Of a DNA stretch of 64,000 bases, positions 47,971-62,326 are shown piece by piece. Below the pieces are notes generated by a model that had not been told where the DNA came from, did no database searches, and saw nothing but the letters and a program-made list of their open reading frames with translations. Each line of letters starts with the position of its first letter. The stretch's first letter is position 1. This DNA is from Piromyces finnis finn (lineage: Eukaryota; Fungi; Neocallimastigomycota), in contig MCFH01000028.1 in NCBI GenBank assembly GCA_002104945.1, forward strand, positions 611,935-675,934, given 5' to 3'. Both the position numbers and the translations under genes were made by a program.

Positions 47971-50748
47971 TATATATGTTTACCTCAGTTCCACAAAAGA
48001 ATTTACATAATTTTTTTTTATCAATTTCAAAGTTACTTCCATTCTCTTTATCCGATGTTTTATCACTAAATTTTAAACTTTTACCTATTAATATTAATAT
48101 ATATTATATAGCATATTATATAAGAATTATAAGAACATCAAATAATTTTAATCAATAACTTTATTTTAAAAAATATATTTTTTTATTTTCATTCATTCTT
48201 TTACTCTAATGCTTATATGTTACCTTTATCTTTCTTTTTATCTGCTTCATAAATTAATGATCTTTGTATATTAATACACATTATACCATAATCATAAGTA
48301 TTATCCAATGAACTTATTGCTATCTAATAATATTATATATTATATACATTAAAAAAAGTTAGTTTAAGAATTTTACTTTTTTTCAATAGATATTATTATT
48401 TAAATTTGAAAATAATTAAATATTTTAGTAATATCGACTTACTTTTAAAAATGGTCTCCATGTAAGGTCTAACATTTTTATTTCCTTTTTATAACGTAAA
48501 TCCCAGAAATAAATTTGTCCGTCGAGTGAACCTGTTATTAATTGATTAACTTCACCACATGGTTCATCTAATATTTCACCACTATTAGATATCTGCATTA
48601 AGTTTAATGAATATTACAGTTTAAAAATGAGGATATTTTCATTATTTAAAATTATATATTGTATAAAAAACAAAGTTATATAGAATATAGAGAGAATTAA
48701 TATTTTTAAACATTTTAATAAAAAATATATGGCAATTTGAGTATCATTATATAATAATAATATATATATTTATCTTACTTCCATATGTTTTGGTAACCAT
48801 TGTAATGTAGATATTGTCATTTTATGACTATGTTCAATGGAAGAAACGACCATATATTTAATGATTGGTGTTTCTGTTGTTTTTTCTTTTGATGATTTTA
48901 GAGTACTGGCTAAATTAAATTTACTTTTACGAGACAATTTTAATTTTTCTTGATATTCGGAAATATCCCAAAGGACAACTTGTCCATTAATACAACCACC
49001 TGCAATAATATTAGTATTTTGTGGATTAAATTGAAAAGACATTATATCATCAGGTGCTTCTAATAATAACAAAGGATGAATAGGATCAAATAAACTCCAT
49101 ATTAATATTAATGAATCTTTTAGTTTAACATTTAAACCAGTTGCAGCTCTTTCATCAAATGTCAAATTCCTAACACATGATACACCTAATATTCCCATTT
49201 GAACTGGATGCCAATCAATACAAATCACTGGTCTATCTTTACTATGTTGTAAATCAGTAAAAGATTGATATTCTTGTAAATTTATATGCATATTATGTTC
49301 AATATTCATTTCTTCGTCACCTAAATCCATAAACTCATCTATAAAAATATTTATTAAAGAATTTTCTTGCATAGCCTTTTCAATATTATATATATTTTTT
49401 TTAACAAAACTAGATAACTCCTCTGAATTTCTAATAGCTTCTATATCCTTTGCATCATAATTACGTGGTTCGTATTGAACAGCAGAATTTACAGGTCTAT
49501 ACCAATCTACTTGTGTGAAATCATCAACTACTTCTGGGATTGCTTGAACACCTTTATTAATCTGTAAACATTCTATTTCTTCAATATTTGAATCTTTAAA
49601 TGATTTATATTCGAAATAAGTATCATTGGCATCTCTATCTCCAAATCGACATGGTTTCGAGAATTCTATTAATTTTTTAGAAATTTCAACATGGATATAA
49701 TCTCTATTTAGTATAACTTTTTCAATATCTATTTCATTTTCACTTCCTAAAGAAATCCATTCGGCTGGTCTTTCCTTTTTTTTCATTTGTTCATTTTCTT
49801 GCTCCGGTTGAACTGGATGTAATATTAAATCTATGGCCTCTTGAGTAACGCATACAAAATAATTTTGACCATAATAATAATTTGGATCATAAACTACTAA
49901 GATTTCCTCTAATGGACTTTCCTTTTTTTTTTTTTTTTTTAATTACAATATAATATCCCCCAAAATTTTTTTATATTAATAAATAAATAAATATATAAAT
50001 AAATAGGTATATATATAGATAAATATGAAATAAATAATAAGAAAAGATAGAATAATATTAGCATTATAAAGGTTGGTATATCATATTTTTATAAACATAT
50101 GTATATATATTATAATTCAATATTTTAGATAAACAATTAATTTAATATAAAATATATGCATATAAATTATATATTTATATTCATATAAAAGTAATTCCAA
50201 ATTGATAACTTTTAAATATATATTTACAATAATAGCTTGCTTTATAACAGAAAAATCAGAAATTGAAGCTCTAGCTATAATATCGGATTGTATATCCACT
50301 TTTGGAATTAATTTTACTGGGTTTTCTTCAGTGATATCTATACTTGGTTGTAATTTAAAAATATTTTGTGTCATACTTGTTAAAAATAAGGGTAAAAGAC
50401 CATCTGGAGCTTTATGAGCTTCAGGGATTTCTTCATTATTTTCTTTGTTTTCTTCATTAATCGGTGGTGTCTCTTCATGTTTTTTTTCACTTTTAGTTTC
50501 TTTATTAATATTTTTTTTAAAATATTTGTATGAAAATGTTAATTTACTCTTTTTTTTTTTTAATTTAAAAGGAATATAAATGAGTAATAACAATTATATG
50601 AAACATATATTTCTTTACTAAAAATTACATCATTGTATCATAAATAATTATACTATTAAGATAATAAAATTCTTTAAAATGAAATAAAATATAATAATAA
50701 TAATAATATAATACCTTTAGTCTTCTTTTTTGTAGACTTTTTTTCCAT
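46383..50748 (-). CDS. DNAI3: Axonemal inner-arm dynein intermediate chain WDR63/DNAI3 (IC140-like), multi-exon
   Basis: PLFLTSMTQ, EYQSFTDL, LIWSLFDPIHPLLLLEAPDDI, GGCINGQVVLWDI and SSIEHSHK, followed by WD repeats. Start inferred at 50748 and stop at 46383. Confidence 0.82.
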
Positions 50749-51589
50749 TTTATTTATTATAAATTAATATTAAAAAGAAAAGTTTTTCAAGTTTCACAAT
50801 TAAATATTCAGTTATTTTCTTTCTTTTTTTTTTTTTTTATAAAAAAAGATAAAATTAATTTAATATATTTCTTTTTATTATTAATTAAATAAATAATTTA
50901 ATTAAAAATTTTAATTTGTGAAAATTTTTAATAATATAATTTAAACTTTTTTTTAAAAAAGATATTGAACTTTTGGTTAAAAATTGAATATTGAATAATT
51001 ATTATGATTAATATTAAAAGATTTCCTATATTTAAGAATAAAAACAAATGCTAATTATTATATTATAAACCAACCAATAACTATAAAATTAATAATATTA
51101 TACGTGTTAATACATAGAATTGATTATATGCTGTATTAAAAAAGATATTATAAATGTAATGCATATTATATATATATAATAATACTATCCTTTTTTACTA
51201 AATAATATTATCTTTCTTTTCTTTTCATACACAATAATATAATAGCTTTTTTTAATAATAAAAATTTTACTTTTATTGTTTTTATTTTATTTTCTACTAT
51301 TCTTTTTTCTCTATTCTTTTTATACTATTTCTACTTGTCATTTAATACTAATCATTATTAAATAAATATTAAATATAAAATGGGAGTAAAAAAAAAAAAA
51401 AAAAGACATAGAATTAATGCTTTTAAATAAATAAATTAGTATATTATATATATATTTTTCATTATATAATTTAACATTTAGAACAAAAAACTTTTTTATA
51501 CAATCTATAAATTTCTTAAATATAAAAAAAAAATTATTTAAGGAAAAAATATTTATTTCATTTTTAAATTATAAAATTATTCATTTAGC

Positions 51590-53598
51590 TTATATATTTT
51601 TATCTTTTGAAATATAATCATCCATTTCATTTTCCAGTATTTCTTCATTATATTCATCAATAGCATCCGCTTCATCAGACCATAAATCACTTGAATCTAC
51701 TTCCCGAACCCTGTTAGGTATGTAAGTTTCTTCATACATATGATGATTATTTAAATATTCATCTTCTAGATCATAATCTGTATCATATTCTGAAGTAATT
51801 GACATTGTTTCAGTACCTGAGCTTTCTTCATCATCTGTATTAGAATCAGAATTATCATCATCATCTTCTAAAACCTTTGTTATTGAAATTACCTTTCTAT
51901 TTGCTGGGAAGTTCATTGGTCCATTATTATTATAGATATTTTCTTTGAAATTATTGTTGATAGAACCATCATTATGTTGTTCTTGTTCCTGTTGTTGCTG
52001 TAACAAAAGTCTCTGTTGTTTTCTTCTTTCTCTTTCTTCATCTCTTTTAAGTGCTCTCATAACCATTTTTTCTCTATCTTCTTCAGTAGTTGTTTTTACT
52101 ACATAACCCTCACTATCTCTACGAACATGGCGACTACTTCTAACATTAAAATTTCTTGTGCCATGTCTAGAATTATCAAGTTGATTTTCAAGATCTTCTT
52201 TTTTCATTCTTTTGTATTGATAGTATTCTTTTGGTGGCCAATAAATTAAATATTCATTATTACTATTGGGTTCACAATTTCCTTTAATTTTAAAATTTAT
52301 ACCATCACCTGACCCTCTACCATTTAATAACCATTTGAAAATATTACTACCATAAATATCTTTCATATTCTCTAACCATCCATAATTATATGGATATTTA
52401 ATATTTGGTACTTCACCCTTTTCAATTAATACCTGTATCTTTTTATTTTCTCTGTCTTCAATTGTACTAGTATTACTTGTAGCATACATTACTTGGAATG
52501 CAAAAAGTGGTGCAACTAAAAAAATAACAATAAAAAGCATAATTAAATCTATCACAATAAATATCATTTCTCTTTTGAGTATTAATGGGTATGGCTTTGT
52601 ATTTTCTTCTTCTATACTATGATAAGCATGATATGAATATGAATGTTTATTTTGATAATCAATGACGTTTAAAATACGTTTTCCCATTAAAATTAAATTA
52701 TATAAACAAAGAAAAGTTACATAGAATAAAAATCTACCGAAATAGGCAACATTGTTATATCCAACACAATTTGCAACCCATGGACCTTTAATAATTATAT
52801 GAAAAATAAAAATAAAAATAAATTTATATATATATTAAATATAATGAAAATATATCTTTAATAGAATATAATAATATAGAAATGATAATATAATAAAAAT
52901 ATGTGATTTTAAGATGATTTTTTTTTTTTTAATTTATAATGAAAAAAGATTAATACTACATCACATCTTATTAATTAGTACTTTTTTTTTTTTTTTTTTT
53001 TTCTTTTTTTTTCTATTAATATTTTATTAGAAAGTCATTTTTTAAAAAATTAAAAATATTTCAATATGAAAATAAATGAATAAATAAATAAAAAGAGTTA
53101 ATTTTACTTACAATGATGATCCATTCTTAATACACAACGTTGACAAATACTACAGTGATGAGTTCTTGCTGGTTTATAGCAATTACATTTATCACATTTT
53201 AAGGGTGTATATCCTTTTAATTGATTACCTATAAATTTTCTATTTCTTAATTGATTTAATGGTATATCATCTTCTTCTATTTTCTTTTTATTTTTATCCT
53301 TTTTTTTCTCTAATTTTGTTTTTTTTTTAGTTAGATGTATAGATTTACTAAATTCTTCTGGTACATTGCCTGGATTCATAAACATTGTAATAAAGTAATT
53401 TGCATATAACAGAAACAACATTACATTATATGGTAATAAATATTTTATAATTTCAGACTTTCCATAGTATGATAACCAGGGATAAAAAATTTCGATTTGT
53501 GTGGTTGTTGAAATGAAAATTATAACAGCTATAGCACCAAGTGCTACTAAATTTTCATTTTTAAATTTTCTTTTTAATATTTCTTTTATATTCGTCAT
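51590..53598 (-). CDS. PFA4: DHHC palmitoyltransferase, PFA4/ZDHHC6-like, 2 exons, 560 aa
   Basis: Exons 53598-53112 and 52785-51590. [55 protein letters not shown] and RRDSEGYVV. Confidence 0.85.
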
Positions 53599-53687
53599 TA
53601 TTTATTAAATACAGGAGAAATCGAACACAACTAAAGTTTACTTTCAACCACTTAATATATTATTCTTACTATTATTGAAATGTTTTA

Positions 53688-53720
<33 letters not shown>

Positions 53721-55454
53721 ACTAATTAATTATTAATAAATTTCATATGGCAATTTAATAAATAAATGATAGTAATTATTATTAAATTTCTTTATAATAC
53801 TTTTATAATTGCTTATTTGTTTTTAATTATTATAGAATAATTATGATTAATATAATATTCTATTTATTGACTATTTTTTTTTAATAATGCTTTTTTTTTT
53901 CTGTTTAAAAAAAAAAACTATGTATATATATAAAATATAATCTGATTAATCTTTTATATAATAAATAATTTAAATTATAATTTTCACAAGCTACCAATAT
54001 ATATATATATATATATATATAGATATATATAAAATAGAAACTAAAAAATAATATAATTATATATATTAATATATATTAAAAAAGAAATATTGTATTAAAA
54101 TTACAAATACATTTATATCAAATAAATATGTATTATGGTAATAATATTAAAAAAAAGAAATATTATTATTGATATTATTAATATATATATATATAGAATA
54201 ATTAAAGTGCTCATTATTCAAGCAACTGTTACTATAAATTTAAAGATATCTATATAAGTAGATGGATAAATAAACAAAATAATAAAATCAACCTATTCTG
54301 TCCATATTTTTATAATTAAATGTATTTTGTGTATTTTGTAGCTTTTACAGAAAATTTTTTAAAAACAATTTTAATAAATTTAATTAAATCTGTCAATTTT
54401 TGTATATAAAATATCCATTATATATATTTCGGTAATAATATATTAATATTTAATTATTAATATATACAAATATATTAATTTTACATATTAGGAAAAGTAT
54501 AGTATGACAAATGTTAATAATATAATATTAATATTTATAAATTTATGTGGATGCAGTAGTTACAGGTTCTTAAAAACAGTATTATTCAACTATATTATTT
54601 ATATATATATTTATACTATAATACTTAATAAATAATTTATCGTAACTACATAAAGATTTCATTAAGACTATAGAGTCAGTAATAGAGTAGATATAATGCA
54701 TTCATTTTTACTTATGTGTTATATAATAATATGCAATTTAAATCTTTAACAAACAATTAAATATGAATCTATTAATATAACGTTATGGACCAAATGAAAT
54801 CTTAATGTTATATATTTAGAATCTATCTTCCAAAGACTAATACTACTCAATACTCAAAATTACAAATAATACAATTTATTATAAATAATATCTACTATGA
54901 ACATGGATTATATTTTCATTTAAATATTCGAGTAATAATTCTTTAAAGACCTTCAAATACCTTCACTATACATAATACAAAATAATTAATTATATAATAA
55001 AATATAAATTATTAAATAAATATTAAATATCAGATTATAACCCTTTACATTTCTTATATTTTCACATTAATTATTTTTTTTATAGGAATTGTTTGAATCC
55101 TATCTTATGGCAAAATCATTAAATAAAAATTTTAAATATTTCACCATCTTTTAAAATCCATAATTCTTATCCCACTGGTCCGTTATCCCTTATTTTTTCC
55201 TTTTATTTTTAATTAAAAAAATAAAAAAAAATAAAAGATGCACATACTGACTACATGCAACAATGGTTCGGTAATAAAAAAAATTAAATTACACTAGTGA
55301 AGTAGAAATAATAAAATAGGATTAATCCAAAACTATTTTAATAAAAAAAAGATGGATCGATTTACTATTAATTTGATTGGATAATTAATTAATCATTAAA
55401 TTTTAAATTCAATGTAGTATGTATAAAAATTATTGTAAAATACATTAAATATAA

Positions 55455-55501
55455 TTACACTTTAAATACATTATATTTAATATAATGTATTTAAAGTGTA
55501 A
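55455..55501. repeat. Perfect 22-bp inverted repeat with a 3-nt loop
   Basis: TTACACTTTAAATACATTATAT (55455-55476) / ATATAATGTATTTAAAGTGTAA (55480-55501). Confidence 0.9.
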
Positions 55502-55575
55502 AACAAAAAACTATTCATATCATATTCATAGTAACAATAAAAACAATAGGTTTTATTAACTTATTTTAATATTAG

Positions 55576-56745
55576 AAGAAGAGTTGAATGTATTCATATT
55601 TTTTTTTAGAAAATGCTTAAATTGAATATGAATGTAAAGAAATTCCTTCATTAGATTATTGGGTTAAGAATGAAAAACCAAATAGGTATTTAAAAAGAAA
55701 AAAACTTAATTCATTAAATATTGTATTATATCAATTAAATTAATATTATTTATTGTTGCCTATATATTTTTTTTCTTTTTGGAAATTATTATATCAGAGA
55801 TAAATATCCATCTTATCAAGTTTCAGTTGAATCAATGGATGGAAAATTTATTGCTCAACAGTAATTTATCCTTTATGTTTTAATTAACCCATTATATATA
55901 TATATATATAATAGGTTAACTCTAAAATTTAAAACATTTGTAAATTTAATAGAGATGCTATTTTAAGAACTTTTGCAAGTGCAAAAGGTATAAAATATAT
56001 GTAATAAGGATTAAGTATTTTTAAATATAATAAAATATCAATATTTTTATTATATTTTATTTTATTTGTATAAAAAATTAATGAAAGGATATTATGGTAA
56101 AAATGAAGAAGAACAATCAAAAATTGGTATGATGACTGGTGGAGTCGAAGATGCCAGAATTTAATATTCAAATATAGTTTATTCACAAAATTTTGAAGAT
56201 AAATATACCATAAAATTCTTTATTTTATGGTATATAAAAGAATTTTATTTTATTTCATATTATTTCCTCCATTTTCATATATATATTATCATTTACTTAA
56301 TGTTTAAACTAAAAAGGATAAATTCATGGAACAAGATTTTGAAAAAATGCTATTTTGGAGGACCCGAAATTCGGCCTTCTCCAAACTTACGCATCTTTCC
56401 TAAATCATCGATAAATGGCATAAATGGGCTGATAGATAGTTATTCTTTATTGATAAATTATTAAATGAAAATAATGAAGGCTAATATTATGTTGCTAGTA
56501 AAAAGGTATTATTCTATTACTTATTTATATTTATTTTTGCTATTATTATATATTGTGTTGTTTCTGTATTCCTAAATTTTAACCTTTATTATTTTTTTAA
56601 AATATTAAAATGACCATATATATATTTTTCTTTATTTGAAATGTTAACTAATTTAACTTATTTAAACGGTTTATGCTTAGAAAAATATCCTTTACTTCAA
56701 GTTTATTTGAAAAAAATTTCTGAAGGACCAAACATTAAAAAATAA
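55576..56745 (+). pseudogene. Unprocessed glutathione S-transferase pseudogene (resembles the alpha/mu/pi/sigma group)
   Basis: Spliced relic exons read RVECIH, IEYE, DGKFIAQ-QDAILRTFA, GYYGKNEEEQSKIGMMTGGVEDARI*YSNIVYSQNFE, FIDKLLNENNEG*YYVA and LEKYPLLQVYLKKISEGPNIKK*. Several stops and a homopolymer frameshift are present. Confidence 0.75.
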
Positions 56746-56992
56746 TGTGAGTCAGATATATGTTATGAAAAAGTTAATGTCAATGATAATGGTACCGCTC
56801 TAAATAACAATAATACTAAAAAAAAAAAAATAAATAAATAAATTGGTTAGTTTTATGTAGTGTTAATACTTTTAAAAATATTATGTTATTGTCATTTAAT
56901 TTATTGGTATTGTTATTGAATATATACATTAGGAAAATATAAACATCAGCAAAAAAAAAAAAAAGGGACATTAAAAGAAATGTAATATTTCC

Positions 56993-56993
<1 letters not shown>

Positions 56994-57063
<70 letters not shown>
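56994..57063. repeat. (AAT)n microsatellite
   Basis: Read directly from the sequence. Confidence 0.9.
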
Positions 57064-57066
<3 letters not shown>

Positions 57067-57350
57067 TAAAAAATTAAAATAAAGTACAAAAATCTAAAAT
57101 GATATTAAAATAATTTTTATGTGTAAAACTTTAATAATTTTAATTTTTTATCCTTTAAATGTAAACAATTTAAATTTCGAAAATTTTTTTAAAAAAAAAT
57201 ATAATAAATTTATTAATATATAAAAAGATTATATATCTTATTATAATTAATTAAATTAATAATTAAAAATATATATATTTTAAAAAAATCTCTTAATACC
57301 TTTAAATATATATATATATATAATAATAATAATACTAATAATTTAAAAGT

Positions 57351-60300
57351 ATGTATCAACAACGAACGGCTCAGCCAGTTACAGATGCAACTATAGCAAA
57401 AAGAACAGTAATCGATGTGAACCATGACGACGATGACGACTGGCTTCCAGTAACTATCAAACATTGAACGCTTTTTTGAAAAAAAGAAAATACTATATTC
57501 AAAATATATATAACGTTAAGATTAGTATTAATGATTTTTATAATTTTATGTAAATATAATATTTCCATATAAATAAAATAGAAAGAGTTACAAAAACCAC
57601 CAAATCAATGTCAATTAACACCAGAAGAGTTAGATGAAGAATTTACAAGAATTTTGAATGCTAATAATCCATTAGCTCCCCAAAATATTGCTCGATACAA
57701 TTTTAAAGAAAAAACATTTAAATGTAGTCCAAATGTTGATCATTTGGTTGTCCATTTGGATATTAGTGGGTTAATATTATACACAATTGAATTGAATAAA
57801 AAACTAAAATAAAAAAAATCTTTTTTTTTTTTTTCATTATTGAAAGTGCTAATAAATATATATTTATGTATCATATATTATTATTTCAATGAAATGGGAT
57901 ATTTATTTAAATTTTAAAATATATATATAAATAAGATATTTAACATTTAAAAATGATGGAAATGAAGAAAAACCTGTTAAACCTGTACAAGAAGAAGCTG
58001 AGACTGAAGAAAAAGCAACTAATACTGAAGAAACCACCGAAGAAAATAAGAAAACTGAAACTTCAGAACAACAAACTAATACAGAAAATAGCACAGAAAA
58101 TAATACAGAAAACAATACTACTGAAAATGCAGAAAAACCTCCGGAAGCTGCTCCTCAACCAGAACAAGAAAACGATGCTAATGCTGCAAATAATTCTAAA
58201 AATCCATTTAACTTTAGTGAACGTGCCCTTCAAACATTTAATAACCTTTCAAGAGTAAAAAATTAAAATTATTATTACAATAACTCAACAATTAAAAAAT
58301 TAACTATATTAAATATTACTTAAATGATTATAAAATAATATATACATTTATTTAAACTAGGAAACATCTACTAATACAGAACCACCACCAAAAAATACAT
58401 TCTCAGACACTGTTACTCAATGGGCCATTTTCGATGAATATGTTAAAGATTTAGCTCAAAAGGAAAAGGCTAATAAAGATAAAACTGCCAAGCCGGTATA
58501 TTTTATATTATGATATATTTATAATAAAAATTAAAAATAAAGATAATAATAACAAATAATCATTATAATAGGCATTTGGTGCTAAAAATAAGGGTGATGA
58601 TCATACATTTGAATTACCTGTAGAAAATCATGTAGAAGATGTTTACTATAGAGATCCAGAATTAAAAATATCTATTAGAAAAATTGAAAGAATGACAAAT
58701 CAAAATACTCATGATGAAATTACTCAAGACTTTAAGTATTGGGATGATGTAGCTGATGAAGTTAAGGGATTAAAGAATTGTAATTATATAGAATTATATT
58801 ATTTATATTATATTTATTGAAAAAAAAAGAAAAAAATAACGAAGAAAAAATTTTTAACTCTTATCAAATTAAATTATTTATTATATTTATTATACAACTA
58901 TATATATGTATTGTTTTAATGTATAAATAAAAAAGCTAATGCAAGATTATTACCACTTTGGAAGTTTGTATATAAAAAGGAAAAAAAGAAGCATGTTACT
59001 GCTTTATGTTGGAATCCAAGTTTAAGTGATTTCTTTGTTGTAGGTTATGGTTCATATAATTTCTCCAAGCAAGGACCAGGATTAATCGCTTGTTTTACTC
59101 TTAAAAATCCATCTTATCCTGAATTTGTTTATAATACAAATTCCGGTGTAATGTGTCTTGATTTTTATGAAAAGGTAAAATTTAATAATGAAATAAGATA
59201 TATTGATATATTTAATATATTTTAAAAATATTAAATTTTTAAATTATTTTTATAACAAATAAAAAAATTAATATTTTTTATTAAAACATCTAGACACCAT
59301 CATTAATAGCAGTAGGTATGTATGATGGTACTGTTGCTGTATACGATTTGGCAAGAAAAAGTGAACTTCCATTATATAAGTCATCAACAAAAACTGGAAA
59401 ACACACAGATCCAGTTTGGGAAGTAAGTTAAAAATATTAACTTAATTTTTATACATTAAATAATTTAAAATTAAATGGATAAATAAACTAATAAACAACT
59501 ATAAATATTACATAAATTATCCTTAAAAATTAAATAAAATAAAAGGTTAAATGGCAAAAAGATGATTTATATGATCATCCAAACTTTTTCTCTATTTCAT
59601 CAGATGGTAAAATTATTCAATGGACTTTATTAAAGAATGAATTACAAAAAATGGTAGGAATAAATTTATATATCGATTAATCTGAGCATCATTAATATAT
59701 TATTTGAATGAAAACTTTTATTTAACACATTAATAATCAAAATACTCTATTATGAATAATAATAATTTATAAAAGGATATTATTGTATTAAGATATGATA
59801 AGGAATTATCTATTAAAACAGAAGACCCAAAAACAATTGAAGTTGAAAATGAGGATGCAAGTATTCAAGCTTTAATTGAAAAAGATAACAATATTGAAGT
59901 TGCTTTTGATAATGCATCAGGTAGTTGCTTTGATTTTAATCCATTAGATGACAATGTATTTGTTGTTGGAACAGAAGAAGGAAGTATTTTCAAATGTTCT
60001 ACCAATTATAATAAACAATATCTTATGACATACGAAGTAAGATAAATATATATATAAATAAAAAAATAAAAATCTTAATATTAGATTTATATTAATTAAT
60101 GATAATTAATTTATAAATTATACTGAAATAAATAAAAAAGGGTCATCAAATGGCTATATATTGTACTAAATATAATAAATTCCATCCAAGAATATTTTTA
60201 TCTGCTAGTGCAGATTGGACGATAAAACTATGGGATCATGACTATGATAAACCAATTATTACATTTGATTTAAATAGTCCTGTAAGTAGTATTGAATGGT

Positions 60301-60689
60301 CACCCTATTCTTCTACCATTTTTGCTGCTGTTACAAATGAAGGAAAGGTAAAGAAAAAACAAAAACATTTTATTAAATATCTATATGATTAATTTTATTT
60401 TAATAAAAAAAATTACTCTATTATATATAATTAGATATACATTTATGAATTAAATGAAAAGAAATACGAACCAGTATGTGAACAACAAATTGTTAAAAAA
60501 GCAAAACTTACACATATTCGTTTCAATAAATATGAACCTATACTTTTAGTAGGTGATGATAAAGGTAATATTTATAGTTTGAAATTACCTCCATCTTTAA
60601 GAAGACATTCCAAGGAGCCAAAAGATGAAATGCAAAAACTTGAAAAAATTATTCTTATCACTTCTGGACGTATGCCACAAAATAATTAA
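57351..60689 (+). CDS. DNAI1: Axonemal outer-arm dynein intermediate chain 1 (DNAI1/IC78), multi-exon
   Basis: [54 protein letters not shown] and [13 protein letters not shown]. Exon 1 is inferred at 57351-57449, and an upstream exon cannot be excluded. Confidence 0.88.
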
Positions 60690-61276
60690 TAGAATTAAAA
60701 ATTTAAATTTTATACTTTTAATCTTTTTTTTTTTTTTTTATTTTCTTTTAAATAGCATAAAAAAAAAAAAAAGATTTATTTATGTTTTATTTTCTTTTTT
60801 TTTTTTTTATTTTCGTATTATTCATTTTGTATTATTAACACATTTATTTCATTTATATGTTAATTATTAATTACTATTATTATTATTATTTTATTATTAT
60901 CATAGACAATTTTGTATTATTAAAGCAATTTTTAATTTAATATAAACCTTTAAATTATTATTTATTAATATTATACAATAAAATTTATCTAATTCAAAAA
61001 AAAAAAAATTATATATTTTATTTTTATTTTAATAATTTTTTATTATTATTTATATTCATGAGTTAATATATTAATTTGACATTTAATTATATAATTATAT
61101 GTTAAAGATAATTTTTATTCTTTAGAAATACTATTTATTTGTTTGTTTTATTTTGTTGTTGTTGTTTTATTTTAAATTTATAAATTATTTAAATTTTCAT
61201 TTTTTACATTCCTTTTTTATATGTATTAATTTATTAAGCTATATATAATATATATGTTTTATTATTATTACTATTA

Positions 61277-62289
61277 TTAATTAATAATAGTGGATTTTTT
61301 CTTTTGTGATTTCATACAGCCATAGTGTATCACAGAATTATGTGAATCTTTTACAAAAACACTTGTACCGATACGTTTTAAACATTTTCGGCATACGCGT
61401 TCTTCGGTTATGGCAATTGATTGAGATTGGTTATTCATTAGTTCTTCTCTAACCTATTTATTAATACATTATTTAATAGATTTTATTTAAGTATATAATT
61501 AATAAATCATTATGGTTTAATGAGTATGAGATATGAAATATAAAATACCTGTAATTGCTCTGATTTTAATAAATTATATATGATTTTTTGATTATGTTTT
61601 CTATTCATTAACTCTTGGAAGAATTTTTCAAAATATATTCCTAATTTGTTTAATTTTGTTGATTCTGGAAAAATTTCCATAATCTAATATTTTATTGAAA
61701 ATGATTATTAGAACTTATTCATTGTATTTTTTATTTTATAATAAAAATTAAAATATATTAATTTATTTACCTTTGTGGCATCAATATAAGTACCATATTT
61801 ATTTAATAAATCTAAAATTTTTTCTGAAAGCTCTTCACCTTCCTTTTGTTTTTCCATATGAATTTGAATCAATGTTAGGAAAACATTTTTTACCTTTTCA
61901 TCATCTGGATTATAATACTTAATACAATATTGTTCTGCCATTTCAGGATTATTTAATTCATTGAAATAAATACTTAAGGCTTTGCGATGTTCACCAATAT
62001 GGCTCAATAATATAGCACGAACTTCATAAAATGCTAAAAAAAATTATATATATATATTGTCATTTACATTAATGAAATATCATGTAAATATTAATTTTTT
62101 TAATTGTATTTAAAAAACTTAAATTCTAAATGTTTATAAATGCTTATATTTACAATGCTTTGGTAGTTGAGATAATATAAATTTTGGATTATAATATGTG
62201 GATTTTTCTAAGAATACCTTGAGTTTTTCTTCATATTGTTTTCTTTCTATTTTTTAATGGAATATATTATATTATATTATATTATATTA

Positions 62290-62326
<37 letters not shown>

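Noticed and set aside
54540-54990. Slightly GC-richer, coding-like relic on the minus strand (YLKVFKELLLEYLNENIIHVH...)
   Set aside because: It has many stops and no family I can recognise; a translated search is needed.
55640-55690. hAT dimerisation-like LDYWVKNE
   Set aside because: Better explained as part of the GST N-terminal domain, given the flanking exons.
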